Virus record (IMG/VR): IMGVR_UViG_3300028629_000017
Location: 1 to 44,183 of that record
Reading direction: 5' to 3' (one strand)
From: a virus
Lineage: Duplodnaviria > Caudoviricetes
Length of the DNA: 44,183 bases
Of this stretch, positions 25,053 to 34,493 are shown in pieces. How positions within the stretch are numbered: position 1 is the first letter of the stretch; each line of letters begins with the position of its first letter. The notes under the pieces were generated by a model, which had not been told where the DNA came from, did not search any database, and was given only the letters and a program-made list of their open reading frames with translations. The position numbers and the translations under genes are program-made.

Positions 25053-27946
25053 CAGCTATGGCCCCGCGGGTAGTCCCAGACGGCTTGATTCGAGGCGTTG
25101 AGCTGCAAGACCTTATACTGACCTGATCCGGATGGCAAGCCACTGCCTGAAGCTACGAGCTGCCCGGAACCGTTCTTCGTGATCGTAGTCCCGTCGACCA
25201 GGACCTCGATCTCCCCGGAGCTGAATCCCAGCCCCCCGAGGGACTTGATTAGGGCCTTGATCCCGTCCGCGTCCAGGCCAATGCCCTTGGCGGTGTTCGG
25301 CTTGACCTTGGCGGCGTCGCCGGAGAACTCCAGACCGGAGGCAAATGGGACTGGAGCATCCTCGCCACGCAGCAGGGACACGCGCCCCCAGAACTCTCCC
25401 GGGACATCCTGAGCCACCCAGATGCCCTTGCCTGCATAGACCTGGACGCCATAGCCGCCTGCCCCCGGCTTTAGTCCGGCAACCAGGGGAAGACACAGAC
25501 CCTTCTTGGTGCCATTGGTGAGCTGCAAGAACACGAGCACCTTGGCCTGCGGAATCTCGCTGTCGGTTACCAGCGGATCCGGATTCCCGGCGAGCGTCAA
25601 CCCCCGCTTGGCGTCGTTCCGAAGGGCCTTCTTTTCATCGCCCTCGGTGCCCGCCTGCGAGTCGATGGGCGGCGGAACGCCGCCGAGGTCCCCGGCGCCC
25701 AGGCCGGCGGCGCCGCCGGTGGCCGGCCGCACCGGGAGGTTGCCGACGTGGCTCCACAGATCCTCGATCTCCCGCCCCTGGCGGAGGATCTCCCGGCCCA
25801 CGGCGCGGAGGTCGGACAGGCCCGGGACGTCGACCATGCCGGCCACGTCGACCTCCCAGTAGCCGGTCTGCACGGTGGTCTTGCCGGCGGCGAAGTCCCA
25901 GGCCTTCGAGCTGACCACCGTGCCGACCTGCTCGTGCCAGTCGCTGCCGATCTGCTCGAGGTACTGGCCCAGCTCGTACTGGGCCTCGATGCGCTTGTAG
26001 ACGATCTCGATCTTGGCCCGGGCCTGGCCGTACCAGGCCTTGGCCAGCGCCGCGATGGCCTGCAGCGTGGCGGTGTCGTCGCGCAGGGCCTGGCCGGCGG
26101 CCTGCCTGACCAGGCCGCCATCGGTCACCCCGACGATCGTCTCGGCCGCTATCCACCAGTACTCGGCGGTCGGCACGTCGATGACCAGTTCCCGCGTCCA
26201 GTCGAGGCCGTCGAACTGGGCCCCGTAGGCCTCCACGCGCAGGCGTTCGTCGGTCTCGCAGCAGACCGTGGCGATGAGCGACTGCCAGTCGAGCTCCGGC
26301 TCCTGGTCGGAGTGGTTGCTGCCCTCGAAGTCGCCGGGGATGAAGTGCCCCATGGCCAGCTGGTGGTTGATCTTCGAGGCCTTGACCTCGAAGCCCATCT
26401 CCGTGTCGAGCATCCGGACCGAACAGCTGCTGAGCTTCTCGGTGTCGTCGCCGTCCGGATATTCGTCGTTCTGGCAGCGGTCCACCTGGTGCCAGCGCCC
26501 GCCGAGGTCCTTGCCCACGACCAGCGGATCGAGGAACTCCGGCGTGGCCCCCTCCACGCTGGATTCCTTGCGGAGGGGCAGGTAGCGCAGGAGCGGACGG
26601 GCGTGGTTCCAGTACTGCCCCTGCTCGATGTCCACGGCGCCGCCGGTCAGGAGCGGCTTGGGCGCGCAGTTGTTGAAACTGCCGCCGCCTTCGCCGTCGC
26701 CGCTGTGCCAGTCCCAGGCATCCGGGATCAGGAAGCACTGGTAGACGCGGGCGAAGCGGTCGGTCTTGCGCTCGGCGTCCTTCTGGTTGTTGTCGTCGCC
26801 CTGGACGTTCTTGTAGGCGTTCTCCTCGACGTCGTTCCAGCCGCGCTCCACCGTACCGTCCTCGTGGCTGACGGAGAAGCAGCTCTTGATCCGCGCCCCC
26901 TGGACAACGATCTTATCGTACTGCACCGCGTTGGTGAGGCGCACCGTGGCCTGCTCGACCTCGATATCCTCCTCGATGCGGACGGGCGTGACCCGGTTTT
27001 CGTTGCCTGGGATGGTCAGGCTGCCGGCGGATATCGACTCCCCGAAGACGCTGAAGACGTAGATCTCGATGTACTCCGGAGGTCCGCCGAAGTCCTCGTA
27101 GTCGGGGTTCTCGGTCACCCGGAGGTACCAGCCCATGCCGCGCTTGCGGTCGACCAGGTGGTTGATGGCTTGGCGCAGCGTCTTGCCCTCGAATCGGTGG
27201 ACGGCCTTGACGTTGGCCAGGAGCTCGGTCTGGCCGGCCAGGCGGATCTCCGGCGCGTCCGCGGGCATGTGGTAGGCCAGGAGGTGCTCCAGGATCTGGA
27301 GGTTGTCCCACGTCCCGCCGTTGGCCTCGAAGACATAGGCCTGGGACAGTCCCGAGCCTCGGTCTTCCTTTGCGGCCGAGCGGTTGCCGACGAGCTGGAG
27401 GCCGCGCTTGCCCTTGACGTTGAAGTCCGGCAGCCAGCCGATGGTCTTGTAGCTGCCCTGGTCGACGACGCGAGCGCCCCGGATCCCGGTGCGGTCCAGG
27501 AGGAAGCCCAGCTCGTAGGCCACCGGGTTCTGGTCGCCGGACGGTCCGGAGCGCTCGATGCTCTGGCCGGCGTGCTCCACGTTGTCGTCCGGGAAGAAGC
27601 CGTACCACAGGCTCGTCGCCTTCGGCGCGTCCTCCGAGTCGTTGCCGGCCTCTTCCTCCGAGGCCTGCGGCTCGGCCTGGAGCTGGATCCGCACGTAGTG
27701 GTTGCGCACGTCGTAGGGCGAGACGTCCGCGAAGCTGCTGCCGTCCTCGCGCTTGATCTCGCCGTAGGCGTAGCGGAACTCGGCCTGACCGAGGTTCGGC
27801 TCCACGCAGGCCTGGGCCCGGCGGGCCTCCAGGTAGTCGACGGCCTCCCAGGCGTCCTCCCATCGGCGCTTGATCTGGACGATGCGCCCGGGGTTCGGCC
27901 TGATGACCTCGCCAGGGGAGGGCGGCGGGATCTGGATCGTGGCCAT
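25052..27946 (-). CDS. Tail-tip hub / central fibre protein candidate
   Basis: Large gene downstream of tape measure; C-terminal coiled coil, Gly linker and fibre-like repeats. Start ATG 27946. Confidence 0.7.
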   Translation of the reverse strand: MATIQIPPPSPGEVIRPNPGRIVQIKRRWEDAWEAVDYLEARRAQACVEPNLGQAEFRYAYGEIKREDGSSFADVSPYDVRNHYVRIQLQAEPQASEEEAGNDSEDAPKATSLWYGFFPDDNVEHAGQSIERSGPSGDQNPVAYELGFLLDRTGIRGARVVDQGSYKTIGWLPDFNVKGKRGLQLVGNRSAAKEDRGSGLSQAYVFEANGGTWDNLQILEHLLAYHMPADAPEIRLAGQTELLANVKAVHRFEGKTLRQAINHLVDRKRGMGWYLRVTENPDYEDFGGPPEYIEIYVFSVFGESISAGSLTIPGNENRVTPVRIEEDIEVEQATVRLTNAVQYDKIVVQGARIKSCFSVSHEDGTVERGWNDVEENAYKNVQGDDNNQKDAERKTDRFARVYQCFLIPDAWDWHSGDGEGGGSFNNCAPKPLLTGGAVDIEQGQYWNHARPLLRYLPLRKESSVEGATPEFLDPLVVGKDLGGRWHQVDRCQNDEYPDGDDTEKLSSCSVRMLDTEMGFEVKASKINHQLAMGHFIPGDFEGSNHSDQEPELDWQSLIATVCCETDERLRVEAYGAQFDGLDWTRELVIDVPTAEYWWIAAETIVGVTDGGLVRQAAGQALRDDTATLQAIAALAKAWYGQARAKIEIVYKRIEAQYELGQYLEQIGSDWHEQVGTVVSSKAWDFAAGKTTVQTGYWEVDVAGMVDVPGLSDLRAVGREILRQGREIEDLWSHVGNLPVRPATGGAAGLGAGDLGGVPPPIDSQAGTEGDEKKALRNDAKRGLTLAGNPDPLVTDSEIPQAKVLVFLQLTNGTKKGLCLPLVAGLKPGAGGYGVQVYAGKGIWVAQDVPGEFWGRVSLLRGEDAPVPFASGLEFSGDAAKVKPNTAKGIGLDADGIKALIKSLGGLGFSSGEIEVLVDGTTITKNGSGQLVASGSGLPSGSGQYKVLQLNASNQAVWDYPRGHS

Positions 27947-27947
27947 G

Positions 27948-28865
27948 CTATTGCCCCTGCTCGGATGCCTTGGCAAACCAGACGGACGCCGGCGCCGGCG
28001 CGGCGAGCTCCGGCAACGCGACCGTCACCTGGTGGACGTCCACGTTCTCCGAATCGACGTGCACTTCCTCGACCGGAGGCTCCGCTTCGGGGTCGGCCTC
28101 GGTGACCACGCGGCGCGCGCGGATCAAGACCTTGACCACCGCGTCCTCCGGGAAGGGCGCCGGCGACGTCCAGTCGAGCCTGGCCACGCCGTCCGACTTG
28201 ACCATGTCGATGACGGTCGGCTCGTCCAGGTCCGGATCCGGATCGCCGCCGTCCGAGGTCACGTAGACCAGGAATTGGCCAGCCTGGCGGCTGCCGTCCG
28301 CGTAGTAGCCGTAGGCCGCGCGGATCCGCACGGTGAAGCCGGGGAGAACCTCGAGCGCCACGTCCGTCGGCGCCGAGGGCCTGGCCAGGACCTGGTTACC
28401 GTCGGCGTCGAGCTCCAGCACCCACTCGTCGAGGTTCTGACTGGCCAGGTTCCAGGCGTTCCGGCGGCGCACGACGAAGCGGTATTCGTGGGACACATCG
28501 AGCGCGGCGGTCTCGTGGGGCAGTGCGGCGAAGCTCTCCCACGGCGCCGCGGACAGGTCCGGGGAGGCGTCCACGCCGCGGTGGAGCTCGTAGCCGGCCA
28601 GCGCGTCATTGGCCGCGCGGTGCAGGCCCCGGCCCTGGCCGGAGCAGGCGATGCAGACCGCATGCTTCCCGCGTCCCTCGGCCGAAAAGGGGCTGCAAAC
28701 GGCGTGCTTGCCTCGGGCCTCGGCCGAGAACGCGGCGGTGACCGCGTGCAGCCCCCGGCCCTGGGCGGAGTAGGGTGCGCACGCGGCGTGCTTTCCCCGC
28801 CCTTCGGCCGAGTAGCCCGACGTCACCGCGTAGAGGCCGCGGGCCTCGCCGGCGTAGGCGGTCAT
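27948..28865 (-). CDS. Tail protein with six 14-aa repeats and FN3/Ig-like domains
   Basis: ATG 28865 overlaps upstream TGA; YRFVVRRRN and RPSAPTDV FN3-like motifs. Confidence 0.75.
   Translation of the reverse strand: MTAYAGEARGLYAVTSGYSAEGRGKHAACAPYSAQGRGLHAVTAAFSAEARGKHAVCSPFSAEGRGKHAVCIACSGQGRGLHRAANDALAGYELHRGVDASPDLSAAPWESFAALPHETAALDVSHEYRFVVRRRNAWNLASQNLDEWVLELDADGNQVLARPSAPTDVALEVLPGFTVRIRAAYGYYADGSRQAGQFLVYVTSDGGDPDPDLDEPTVIDMVKSDGVARLDWTSPAPFPEDAVVKVLIRARRVVTEADPEAEPPVEEVHVDSENVDVHQVTVALPELAAPAPASVWFAKASEQGQ
28605..28856 (-). repeat. Six 42-bp coding tandem repeats
   Basis: YAGEARGLYAVTSG / YSAEGRGKHAACAP / YSAQGRGLHAVTAA / FSAEARGKHAVCSP / FSAEGRGKHAVCIA / CSGQGRGLHRAAND. Confidence 0.9.
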
Positions 28866-29905
28866 GCCGCGTCGTAGCTCCAGCGAATCAGGTTGTGCAG
28901 CTCCGGATCCGCCACGCGGCCGACCGGGACCTGGCGGTGGATCCAGAGCCCATAGATGTATCCGGCGTTGAGCGTGCCGATGTCGAGCCCGGTGGCCGCG
29001 GTCGTCCCCGTATCCCAGACCACGCCCGCCGGTTCCGAGCCCTCGCCGGCGGCAGTCTTGTCGGTGAATGCGCCGTCCGGCTGGCTGGCCGGGGCTTCCT
29101 TGCCAATCCGGATCCCGGGCACGGCGTCGACCGTGTCGTCGCTGGCGCCGGCGGCCGCCGTGGTGCCGAGCATTTCCCGCCCGGCGGCCGGGACGGTGAG
29201 GACATCGTCGGTCCGGCTGGCGTAGTAGACGATCTCGCGCGTGGCGCCCGCGGCCGTCTTGACGTGGGCGAAGCCCGTCTCCGGCCAGTCGGCGAAGTCC
29301 CCGGCCGATCCCTCGATGGTGCCGGCGCCGGAGGCCCCGAGCTGGGCGGCGGAGCTGGTCATTTGCGTGCCCAGCGTCCCGATCCACACCTTGACCGCCG
29401 TGACCTGGCTGGTGTCTTCGTTCTTGAATGCGTGGCAGCGGTACTCGTTGTCGCCGGCGGAGGCCTCGGCGCTGGCGATGTTATCCATGCCGGTGGCGTT
29501 GTTGAATTGGTCGGCCAGAGTGATCGTGGCCGTGCCGGTCAGGTCGCCGGCGGAGGTCCGCTGGACCCGGACGTACTTCGACGGGTCCCCGCCGTCCTCG
29601 ACGATCTTGGTCTCGCCGTTGGCGATGGTGACGCCTGCACCCTGGGTGCCGTCCGGGGCCTCCCACTTGAGCTCGCTCGTGCCGGTGGCCGTGAGGATGC
29701 CGTCGCCGACGCCGTTGGCGCCGGAGGCGTAGAGTATGGTGATGCCGGCGATCGGGCTGGTCACCTGGATCCCCAGCTGCGTGGCCAGGGTGCCCGAGCG
29801 GTTCTTGCCGAGCGACAGGTCCGGATCCGCCTGGGCACCGCCGTCGGCCGAAGCCCCGGTCAGGTACAGGCGCAGCGCGTCCGCGTGGGTTTTCTCGTCA
29901 GGCAT
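28862..29905 (-). CDS. Minor tail structural protein
   Basis: A/G/T-rich beta-type composition; SD AGGAAAGG; tail-module position. Confidence 0.7.
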   Translation of the reverse strand: MPDEKTHADALRLYLTGASADGGAQADPDLSLGKNRSGTLATQLGIQVTSPIAGITILYASGANGVGDGILTATGTSELKWEAPDGTQGAGVTIANGETKIVEDGGDPSKYVRVQRTSAGDLTGTATITLADQFNNATGMDNIASAEASAGDNEYRCHAFKNEDTSQVTAVKVWIGTLGTQMTSSAAQLGASGAGTIEGSAGDFADWPETGFAHVKTAAGATREIVYYASRTDDVLTVPAAGREMLGTTAAAGASDDTVDAVPGIRIGKEAPASQPDGAFTDKTAAGEGSEPAGVVWDTGTTAATGLDIGTLNAGYIYGLWIHRQVPVGRVADPELHNLIRWSYDAA

Positions 29906-29920
29906 GGCATCTTCCTTTCC

Positions 29921-30442
29921 TCAAGCCGTAATGGTGACCTTACGCGTATCGGCGTCGTAAGAGAACCGGACCGCCGGGGCATCCGGGTGCCGGACCATCA
30001 GCGCCGAAAGGGCGGTCGCCTGGCTCTGCTGGCCGTTTTCCGCCACGGCGACGATCCGGAAGCTGTGCGTGGCCGAGTCCTCGAGCACGCGCGTGCGCCA
30101 GGCGAAGTAGCCCTGGCCCCGGTCGCGGACCCGCGCGCGCAGGACCCAGCTCCCGGAGACCTGCTCCTCGATGCGGTAGTGCTCCGCGCCGGCCGTCGCG
30201 TACCAGCAGACCGTCAGCCGCGAGGGCCAGGCCCTGGCCGGGTTCGCGTCCGGGTCGTCGAGGACCTCGATCATCGGCGACTCGTCGTCGCCCACGGCCA
30301 GGTCCAGGGTCTGGCCGGTCTGCGTGGCCATCAGGACGCCATCGCGGTAGACCCGATAGGTCGGGGCTTCGACGTCGGACGTCCAGCGCAGTCGCCACAG
30401 GTGGGCGCCGAGCTGGACGGGCGGGAGCATGGAGACCGTCAT
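29921..30442 (-). CDS. FN3/Ig-like tail protein
   Basis: LRW...YRVYRDG and HSFRIVAV...G patterns. Confidence 0.65.
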   Translation of the reverse strand: MTVSMLPPVQLGAHLWRLRWTSDVEAPTYRVYRDGVLMATQTGQTLDLAVGDDESPMIEVLDDPDANPARAWPSRLTVCWYATAGAEHYRIEEQVSGSWVLRARVRDRGQGYFAWRTRVLEDSATHSFRIVAVAENGQQSQATALSALMVRHPDAPAVRFSYDADTRKVTITA

Positions 30443-30846
30443 CAGAACTCCTCGGAGGGCACCTTGGTGTTCTGGAGAGTCCAGACCAGGCGCACCAGGA
30501 ACGTGCCGTCGTCTCCGTCTACCGTGCCGCCGGACGGCGTGGCGATAGGCTGGACGGCGGAGACCTCCACGAGGAGCACGGCCACCTCCTCGGTCGCGTT
30601 GCTGTTGTCCTCGGTGACCGTCTGGAGCGTGCCCTGGAGCGCCTTGCAGGCCTCGATCTCGGCCGAGGCGGCCGCGGCGTCGGCCACGTCGACCACCGAC
30701 ATCATCTGATAGGGCTGCGAACGCTTGCCGAGCTTGCGGAAGGCGACGCCGTCGACGCCGGCGCGGGTGATCTCCTCCAGGCGCTCGCCGAACGGCTGGA
30801 GCGCCCCGCGCAGACTAATGAAGCTCTGGCTGCCGATCGAAGGCAT
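30442..30846 (-). CDS. Distal tail (Dit-position) protein
   Basis: Small gene directly after tape measure; synteny only. Confidence 0.55.
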   Translation of the reverse strand: MPSIGSQSFISLRGALQPFGERLEEITRAGVDGVAFRKLGKRSQPYQMMSVVDVADAAAASAEIEACKALQGTLQTVTEDNSNATEEVAVLLVEVSAVQPIATPSGGTVDGDDGTFLVRLVWTLQNTKVPSEEF

Positions 30847-30849
30847 GGG

Positions 30850-32160
30850 CTACTCCGTCTCCCGGTTGGGGTCGGGGCGGTATTCGACCTTCACCTGAAT
30901 GCCCGGAGGCGTGCGCACCTGAACCTGCTGCTGACGCTCGGCTTCGACCGCGCTCTCCGGGCCGGCGCCGACGCCCCGGACGATCTTCTGGCCGACGCCG
31001 TACATCAGCTCCAGGCTGGCCCGCGACCAGGCTCCGGTGCCCACGCCCCCCTCGGTCTCGTCCATCTGGTGCAGCTCATCCAGCTTCCGGTCCAGGGCTA
31101 TCTTGTCTTCCATCTCCCGGTAGCCCGCCGTCTCCTCCTTGACCTTACGCCGTTCGTCGGCGATCCTGGCGGCCTTCAGCGTCCGCAGTTCCGCGGAGCC
31201 CTGCTCGGCGGACCACTGCTCCTGCAGGGCGTCCCTCGAGAACATCTCGCCGCGCACGCCCGAGATCTCGCCCTCGCGGCCGCGGAAGAAGCTGTAGGCC
31301 TCATAGGCCCCGCCCAGCTTCTCGCGCAGCTTCTTGTCGCTCCAGCCCCGGCCGGCGATGTCCTGGACGCCGGCGACCAGGCCCCGGCGGCCGCCGAAGC
31401 CCTTCTCGGCGATGACCGCTGCCATGGACTCCACGTAGGAGGCTGCCTGCTTGTCGCTCTTGGTGGCGTCGCTGCTGACGGCCAGCGCGGCCATGAGCTC
31501 CGAGGTGCTGGCGCCCGCCGCTTTCCCCTGGACGGCGGCGCCGGCGACTATCTGGCCCATGGCCTCCCGACGGACTCCGCCGCGGCCGGCGGCGATGGTC
31601 AGGCGGTTCAAGATCCCGTAGGTGTCGCCGGCCTGGGCGCCCATCGAACCCTGGATCTTGGCGACGCTTTCGGCGAGCGCCGCCCGGTCGCCGGTAAGAC
31701 TGGCGTAGAGCTGGCGCTTGCTTTGCTGGCCGGAGGTCTCCAGCGTGTACTGCAGCTTGGCGGCCTCGTCGGAGGTCATGCCCTGGTTGCGGCTGGACTC
31801 GACGTCGCGCAGCATGCGGGGAAGGGACCGCCCCGGACCGACCAGGGACACGAGGTCGGTCTTGCCGGCGGCGCTCCCCTTGACGCCTTCGAGCCCGCGC
31901 TGGCGCTCGGCCTCCATGTTCGCCCAGACCTTGCGGAGCATCTCCACGGCCGCAGCGACGCTCACCAGGCTCGCCGCCCAGCGCTGGAGCCCGCCTATGG
32001 CCTTGTCCATGGACGATTCGGCCTGCTTGCCGGCGCCGCTGCTGGCGCGGCCCATGGAATCGAAGCCGTGCTCGACCTTCTTCTGGGCGTCGACGACCTT
32101 CAGGAAGGCGTTGACCGCCGCCCCTTCCTCGGCCGAGAGCTTGAAGACTACGTCGCCCAT
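30850..32160 (-). CDS. Tail tape measure protein (short)
   Basis: Ala/Gly-rich helical protein immediately after the frameshifting chaperone. Confidence 0.75.
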   Translation of the reverse strand: MGDVVFKLSAEEGAAVNAFLKVVDAQKKVEHGFDSMGRASSGAGKQAESSMDKAIGGLQRWAASLVSVAAAVEMLRKVWANMEAERQRGLEGVKGSAAGKTDLVSLVGPGRSLPRMLRDVESSRNQGMTSDEAAKLQYTLETSGQQSKRQLYASLTGDRAALAESVAKIQGSMGAQAGDTYGILNRLTIAAGRGGVRREAMGQIVAGAAVQGKAAGASTSELMAALAVSSDATKSDKQAASYVESMAAVIAEKGFGGRRGLVAGVQDIAGRGWSDKKLREKLGGAYEAYSFFRGREGEISGVRGEMFSRDALQEQWSAEQGSAELRTLKAARIADERRKVKEETAGYREMEDKIALDRKLDELHQMDETEGGVGTGAWSRASLELMYGVGQKIVRGVGAGPESAVEAERQQQVQVRTPPGIQVKVEYRPDPNRETE

Positions 32161-32222
32161 GGCTTCTCCTCAGCGGCCGCCGGCCAGCCAGTAGAGGTCA
32201 ACCGGCGTCGGGTAGTACGGAC

Positions 32223-33008
32223 TCAGGAGCCCGTCCCGCCAGCGCCGGAACCGCTCCCAGCGGAGGCTCCTGGCCCGTTTTTTTTTGACGCGGCATCGTA
32301 CTCCATCGCGCGGGCCAGCAGCGACGGGAAGTCCACAAAGGCCTCCAGCACCTTGACCGCGTTCTCGTCGGTGACGAGCCGGAGCAGAGATATCTCCGGC
32401 AGGGCCAGCCGGTAGTTGAGCCCGAGCGCCGCGGCGGCGACGGTCAGGCCCTCGGCGTCGCTCAGGGACTCCGGCGGCTCGGCCGCCTGGACCGGCAGGC
32501 GGTGCTGCGCGGCCGCCCAGGCCCAGACACGCTCGGCCTTCGCGGAGATCGCCGCGTAGCGCTCCAGGGGCTCCCGGACCACCTGGCCCTCGGGTCCGAG
32601 CACCAGGGCGTGCGGCAGGACGGAACCCGCGTCGAACGTCCGGGCCACCGGGACCAGCCAGTCCTGGCCGCCTTCCAGCCGGACCCAATGCCCGCCGATG
32701 CTCTGGGCGCGCATCAGGTCCTCGGGAAGGACGGGCTCCGCGAGCTCGCGACCGACCCAGTAGGCGCCGCCGGGAGCCGGCCTCCAGAGCTGCGCGTCGG
32801 GGGCGTAGCGGATTTCCGGCGAGCGGCCCCCGGGAACCTCCGGCTTGGGAGCAAGCACGCAGCCGCGGGCGCCGTCCGGGCCGCGCCGGACCTCGCCGAA
32901 GGGCGGGGGCGGCGCTGCAGGGCCCAGCGCGGCGCGCAGGCCCAGCCGGTCCAGATCCGAGGCCAGGACGCCGGGTTGGCCCGGCACGTAGTAGAGCAGC
33001 CCTGCCAT
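32223..33008 (-). CDS. Tail assembly chaperone (G); -1 frameshift product (GT) ends at 32170
   Basis: A9 run (T9 at 32278-32286 on +) near the 3' end; -1 frame open to 32170; lies between tail tube and tape measure. Confidence 0.75.
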   Translation of the reverse strand: MAGLLYYVPGQPGVLASDLDRLGLRAALGPAAPPPPFGEVRRGPDGARGCVLAPKPEVPGGRSPEIRYAPDAQLWRPAPGGAYWVGRELAEPVLPEDLMRAQSIGGHWVRLEGGQDWLVPVARTFDAGSVLPHALVLGPEGQVVREPLERYAAISAKAERVWAWAAAQHRLPVQAAEPPESLSDAEGLTVAAAALGLNYRLALPEISLLRLVTDENAVKVLEAFVDFPSLLARAMEYDAASKKNGPGASAGSGSGAGGTGS

Positions 33009-33018
33009 CTCCGCGCCC

Positions 33019-33951
33019 TCAGCTGATCGCCGATGCCAGGTCGAAGTTGAGGATGGGGTTCGCCCCCTTGCGCGGCCTGATAACGATCTCGGCCGTTGCC
33101 GGCCCAGACTTCCCGGCGGCGCCGCGGCGAACGATGGCCGCGCCGGCGATGTTGATCTTGATGTGCGTGGCCGTCCCGTCGGCCACGGCGACTTGGTCGT
33201 TGAGACACCGGCGCAGGAAGATGTTCCCGGTGGTCAGTGCCGCGCCGCCCAGGTTGGCGCCCAGCGTGGAGAGCACCTTCATGTCCGTCGTGCGGATGGT
33301 GATCGACGGCTCGCGCATGTTGTCGAGGCAGCAGAAGCTGCAGTACGCCCCGTTGCCCCCGCGATAGGCGAGGATCTTCTGGCCGTAGTCGATCTCCACG
33401 CCCTCCAGTCCCTCGATGGCCGCGCCCACCAGGTTGACCGGGCCCAGCTTGAACATCTCAGAGGCGGTCGGCGTGCCGGTGACCGACGCGTTCGTGACCA
33501 CGCTGAGTGGCGAGGCCGTGCCCGCCCCCGAGGGCACCGCGGCGAAGCGCGCCACGGCCTGGCTGGTCTTCGGCACCGAGATCCCCATCGGGACGACGAT
33601 CCCCTGGGCCATCGTCACCTTGGTGTTGGCGCCGGCCGCGCCGCGGCCGGGCCCCGCATTCTCCAGGGCGGCGAAGTAGAAGTCGCAATGGTCGACGCCC
33701 CCGGCCATCTTGATGCCGTCGACGCCGATCTTGGCCAGCACCGTGGCCAGCTTGGAGCTGGAGAAGTTGATGCGGTGGATGGCCTCGAAGAGGGCGACGA
33801 AGTTGGGGTCGACCTGACCGCCGCCCTCCTCCAGCACGTGGGCCGCCGAGACATCGACCTCGACGTCCTGGGTCTGGTCGATGAAGATCTGGTTGGCCAC
33901 GCCGGTGCCCTGGGCGTCGACCGCGTAGAGGGTGTAGAGTTGGTCAGACAT
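33019..33951 (-). CDS. Major tail (tube) protein candidate
   Basis: 310 aa, beta-rich, precedes chaperone and tape measure. Confidence 0.65.
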   Translation of the reverse strand: MSDQLYTLYAVDAQGTGVANQIFIDQTQDVEVDVSAAHVLEEGGGQVDPNFVALFEAIHRINFSSSKLATVLAKIGVDGIKMAGGVDHCDFYFAALENAGPGRGAAGANTKVTMAQGIVVPMGISVPKTSQAVARFAAVPSGAGTASPLSVVTNASVTGTPTASEMFKLGPVNLVGAAIEGLEGVEIDYGQKILAYRGGNGAYCSFCCLDNMREPSITIRTTDMKVLSTLGANLGGAALTTGNIFLRRCLNDQVAVADGTATHIKINIAGAAIVRRGAAGKSGPATAEIVIRPRKGANPILNFDLASAIS

Positions 33952-33954
33952 CGG

Positions 33955-34491
33955 TCATGCTCCCTTCATTTCCCGGACCTCGGCGGTCCGGCATTCCTGG
34001 AGCCGCTTGGTCACGCGGCGGTCCAGCCGGCGGGCCAGCTCCATGGCTTCGTCCTGGACGATGATGGTCAGCTCGGCGGCCTTGTCCGGCTGCCGGAGGT
34101 CCTTGCGGTACTGGTAGAGGTAGCGGGGTCCATGCAGCACAACCCGGACGGTCCGGCCCTTGCTCCGGACGTCCTGCTGGCGCATGACCGCCGTGCGCAG
34201 ATCCCCGCTCCAGACCAGGGGCAGGTTGTGGTGCTTGTACTTCTGCTTCGCGGCGACGTAGGACAGCCGCTCGCGACCCGGCCGATCACCGCGCGGGGGC
34301 CTGCGGGTGCTCCGCGGAGCGTAGCCGTACTTGCCGTAGGCGCTCATCAGGAAGTGGCCGGGGAGCATCTCGCCGTGCCACTCGCGCCCGGTCGTGTCCA
34401 GCTCCTGCGGCAGCACCCTGGAGAGCTCCCGCCGCGTGGCGTCGGGCGAGCCCCGATAGGTGATCCGGCCGGAGATCCGCGGCACGCCCAC
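33955..34491 (-). CDS. Basic neck / tail-completion protein candidate
   Basis: Real portion of ORF 33955..35451 starting at GTG 34491 (or 34485); PLVWSGDLR motif recalls virion morphogenesis proteins. Confidence 0.6.
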   Translation of the reverse strand: MGVPRISGRITYRGSPDATRRELSRVLPQELDTTGREWHGEMLPGHFLMSAYGKYGYAPRSTRRPPRGDRPGRERLSYVAAKQKYKHHNLPLVWSGDLRTAVMRQQDVRSKGRTVRVVLHGPRYLYQYRKDLRQPDKAAELTIIVQDEAMELARRLDRRVTKRLQECRTAEVREMKGA

Positions 34492-34493
34492 GG

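Noticed and set aside
28605-28856. CRISPR array
   Set aside because: Degenerate in-frame coding repeats without unique spacers; no cas genes.
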